Source of the DNA: an uncultured Methanomicrobiales archaeon
GTDB taxonomy: Archaea; Halobacteriota; Methanomicrobia; Methanomicrobiales; Methanospirillaceae
Direction: 5' to 3'
DNA length: 64,000 nucleotides
NCBI GenBank assembly: GCA_963697895.1
Contig: OY969100.1
Span: 1,280,001-1,344,000, forward strand
Every line of letters begins with the position of its first letter. Position 1 is the first letter of the stretch. The notes beneath the pieces are model-generated. The model saw only the letters and a list, made by a program, of their open reading frames with translations. It ran no database searches and had not been told where the DNA came from. Position numbers and translations under genes: made by a program. Below are positions 62,334 through 64,000 of this stretch, piece after piece.

Positions 62334-64000
62334 ATGATCAAGGCATTGTCCATCGAGCAGTACCGCAACACGTATAGACCGGGAGATATGGAGTGCCCCA
62401 CCACCGAGTCAATGAAGCCGACTGATGAGATTATCGGTCAGGATCGGGCGCAGAGAGCGCTTCATTTCGGCCTTGAGATCCAGGAGAAGGGGTTCAACCT
62501 CTATGTTGCAGGGAGCCCGGGTACGGGTCGGAAGACAGCGGTCAGGCGGTTCCTCGATGAACTCGCGATGACTCGTCCGAAGGCGGATGACTGGATCTAC
62601 GTGAACAATTTTGCGAATGCATATGAACCTAATGCGATCCGGCTTCCGCCGGGGAAGGGGATCGAGTTCAAGAAGGATATGGGTTCGTTTGTTGAGGAGG
62701 CACGGAGAGCACTCCCCAAGGCCTTCGAGAGCGAGGATTACGCGACAAAGCGAAAGGAGTCCCTCGGGGCGCTCGACAAGGAGCGGGAGCAGATCATCGC
62801 ACAGGTCAATGAAAAGGCCGGGAAACAGGGGTTTGTCATCCAGATGGGACCCACCGGACTGATGATCATCCCGGTCGTCGACGGTAAACCGCTTTCCGCG
62901 GAGGATTTCGCGGCACTCCCGGAGAGTACCCAGGAGCAGATACGGGGGAAAAGGGAAGTCCTCGATGCGGATCTCCGGAACGGTTTCCGCCAGTTACGGG
63001 ACCTGGATACCACGGGAGCAGAGGCGGTCACCCGTCTCAACAGTGAGATCGCACTCTACGCGATCGGTCACCTGGTCGAAGGCCTCCTGGAAAAGTACGG
63101 CAGTATTCCGGAGATCAAGGACTATATCGATACCGTTCAGAAGGATATCCTGGAAAATCTTGATACATTCCTTGGTGTTGCCCAGCAACAGCCAGAGCAG
63201 CAGCTCCCTCCCCAGTTCCAGCAGTGGCTTACGAAGGATCTTGCGTTCCGGAAGTACGAGGTCAATGTGGTGGTGGACCATTCCGGCGATACCGGAGCCC
63301 CGGTGGTATTCGAGGATATCCCGAGCTACCAGAACCTGCTTGGAAAAGTAGAGAAGGAGGTCCAGTTCGGTATCGTCACCACGGACTTCACCATGATCCG
63401 AACCGGCTCGGTTCACAAGGCGAACGGCGGATATCTCGTAATGCCGGTCCTCGATCTCTTCCGGTACCCGTTTGCCTGGGACGGGCTCAAGACGGCACTC
63501 AAGACGGAGCGGGCTGCAATCGAAGAGCCGGGCGAGCGGGCCGGGTTCATCACGGCAAGGGGGCTTAAACCGGAACCAATTCCCCTCAGCGTCAAGGTGA
63601 TCCTGATCGGTACGCCGGAGATCAACCAGATCCTGCACCAGGGCGATCCCGATTATCCCGAACTCTTCAAAGTGCGTGCCGATTTCGATACCAGCATGGA
63701 CCGGAACGATGAGAACGCAAAGAAATACGGTGCGTATATCTGCACGCTCTGCAAGCGGTTCCAACTCAGGCACCTGGACAGTTCCGCTGTGGCAAAGGTC
63801 ATCGAGTACGGTTCCCGTCTCGCGGATGACCAGAAGAAACTCTCCACGAGGTTCTCAGCCGTGGCGGACCTGATCCGCGAGGCGAATTTCTATGCGGCGC
63901 AGGATAACGCGAAGATCACGACCGCGAAGCATATCGAGAAGGCGATTGAAGAGAAGATCTACCGCTCCAACCTGATCCAGGAGAAGATCCAGGAGTTCAT
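62334..64000 (+). CDS. Lon-like protease of the AAA_32/LonC type; truncated by the window end
   Basis: open frame from ATG 62334 to the window edge: IIGQDRAQRALHFGL, GFNLYVAGSPGTGRKT, DWIYVNNF, GSVHKANGGYL, PEPIPLSVKVILIG, FKVRADFD. Confidence 0.88.
   Translation, partial: MIKALSIEQYRNTYRPGDMECPTTESMKPTDEIIGQDRAQRALHFGLEIQEKGFNLYVAGSPGTGRKTAVRRFLDELAMTRPKADDWIYVNNFANAYEPNAIRLPPGKGIEFKKDMGSFVEEARRALPKAFESEDYATKRKESLGALDKEREQIIAQVNEKAGKQGFVIQMGPTGLMIIPVVDGKPLSAEDFAALPESTQEQIRGKREVLDADLRNGFRQLRDLDTTGAEAVTRLNSEIALYAIGHLVEGLLEKYGSIPEIKDYIDTVQKDILENLDTFLGVAQQQPEQQLPPQFQQWLTKDLAFRKYEVNVVVDHSGDTGAPVVFEDIPSYQNLLGKVEKEVQFGIVTTDFTMIRTGSVHKANGGYLVMPVLDLFRYPFAWDGLKTALKTERAAIEEPGERAGFITARGLKPEPIPLSVKVILIGTPEINQILHQGDPDYPELFKVRADFDTSMDRNDENAKKYGAYICTLCKRFQLRHLDSSAVAKVIEYGSRLADDQKKLSTRFSAVADLIREANFYAAQDNAKITTAKHIEKAIEEKIYRSNLIQEKIQEF

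Noticed and set aside
62611-63873. Short ORFs listed in the last 1.7 kb
   Set aside because: They are alternative-frame shadows of the long Lon-like frame starting at 62334, which the track omits because it has no stop in the window

Overview
Chromosomal segment of a methanogenic archaeon, most likely Methanomicrobiales (Methanoregulaceae/Methanolinea-like). This rests on mfnA, dph2, an ATP-dependent DNA ligase, DUF61/DUF2117/DUF1894 genes, BRE-TATA promoters and Methanospirillum-type sheath-like genes. The left half is mostly housekeeping (lig, manC, amt, tRNA-Val, serA, ppsA-mfnA-hpt-dph2). It also carries an unusual kdp operon: a KdpC-KdpA fusion, KdpB, and a KdpD with no histidine-kinase module and no kdpE. 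That KdpD keeps its Walker-A domain and a near-exact c-di-AMP-binding USP motif, and a pseudoREC-PAS-PAS diadenylate cyclase is encoded about 7 kb away. The right half is a cell-envelope/accessory region with two giant secreted Ala/Gly/Ser/Thr-rich proteins (one with a ~300-bp tandem array), two paralogous sheath (MspA-like) proteins and three DUF2178 + XRE-HTH modules. One sheath paralog shares a TGTA-N10-TACA operator with a flanking module. Five genes are broken by 1-bp frameshifts, and each can be placed at a GTAC or AGCT site, which points to methylation-linked sequencing errors rather than true pseudogenes. I saw no CRISPR array, IS element or prophage. Family assignments come from motif recognition only; no searches were run.
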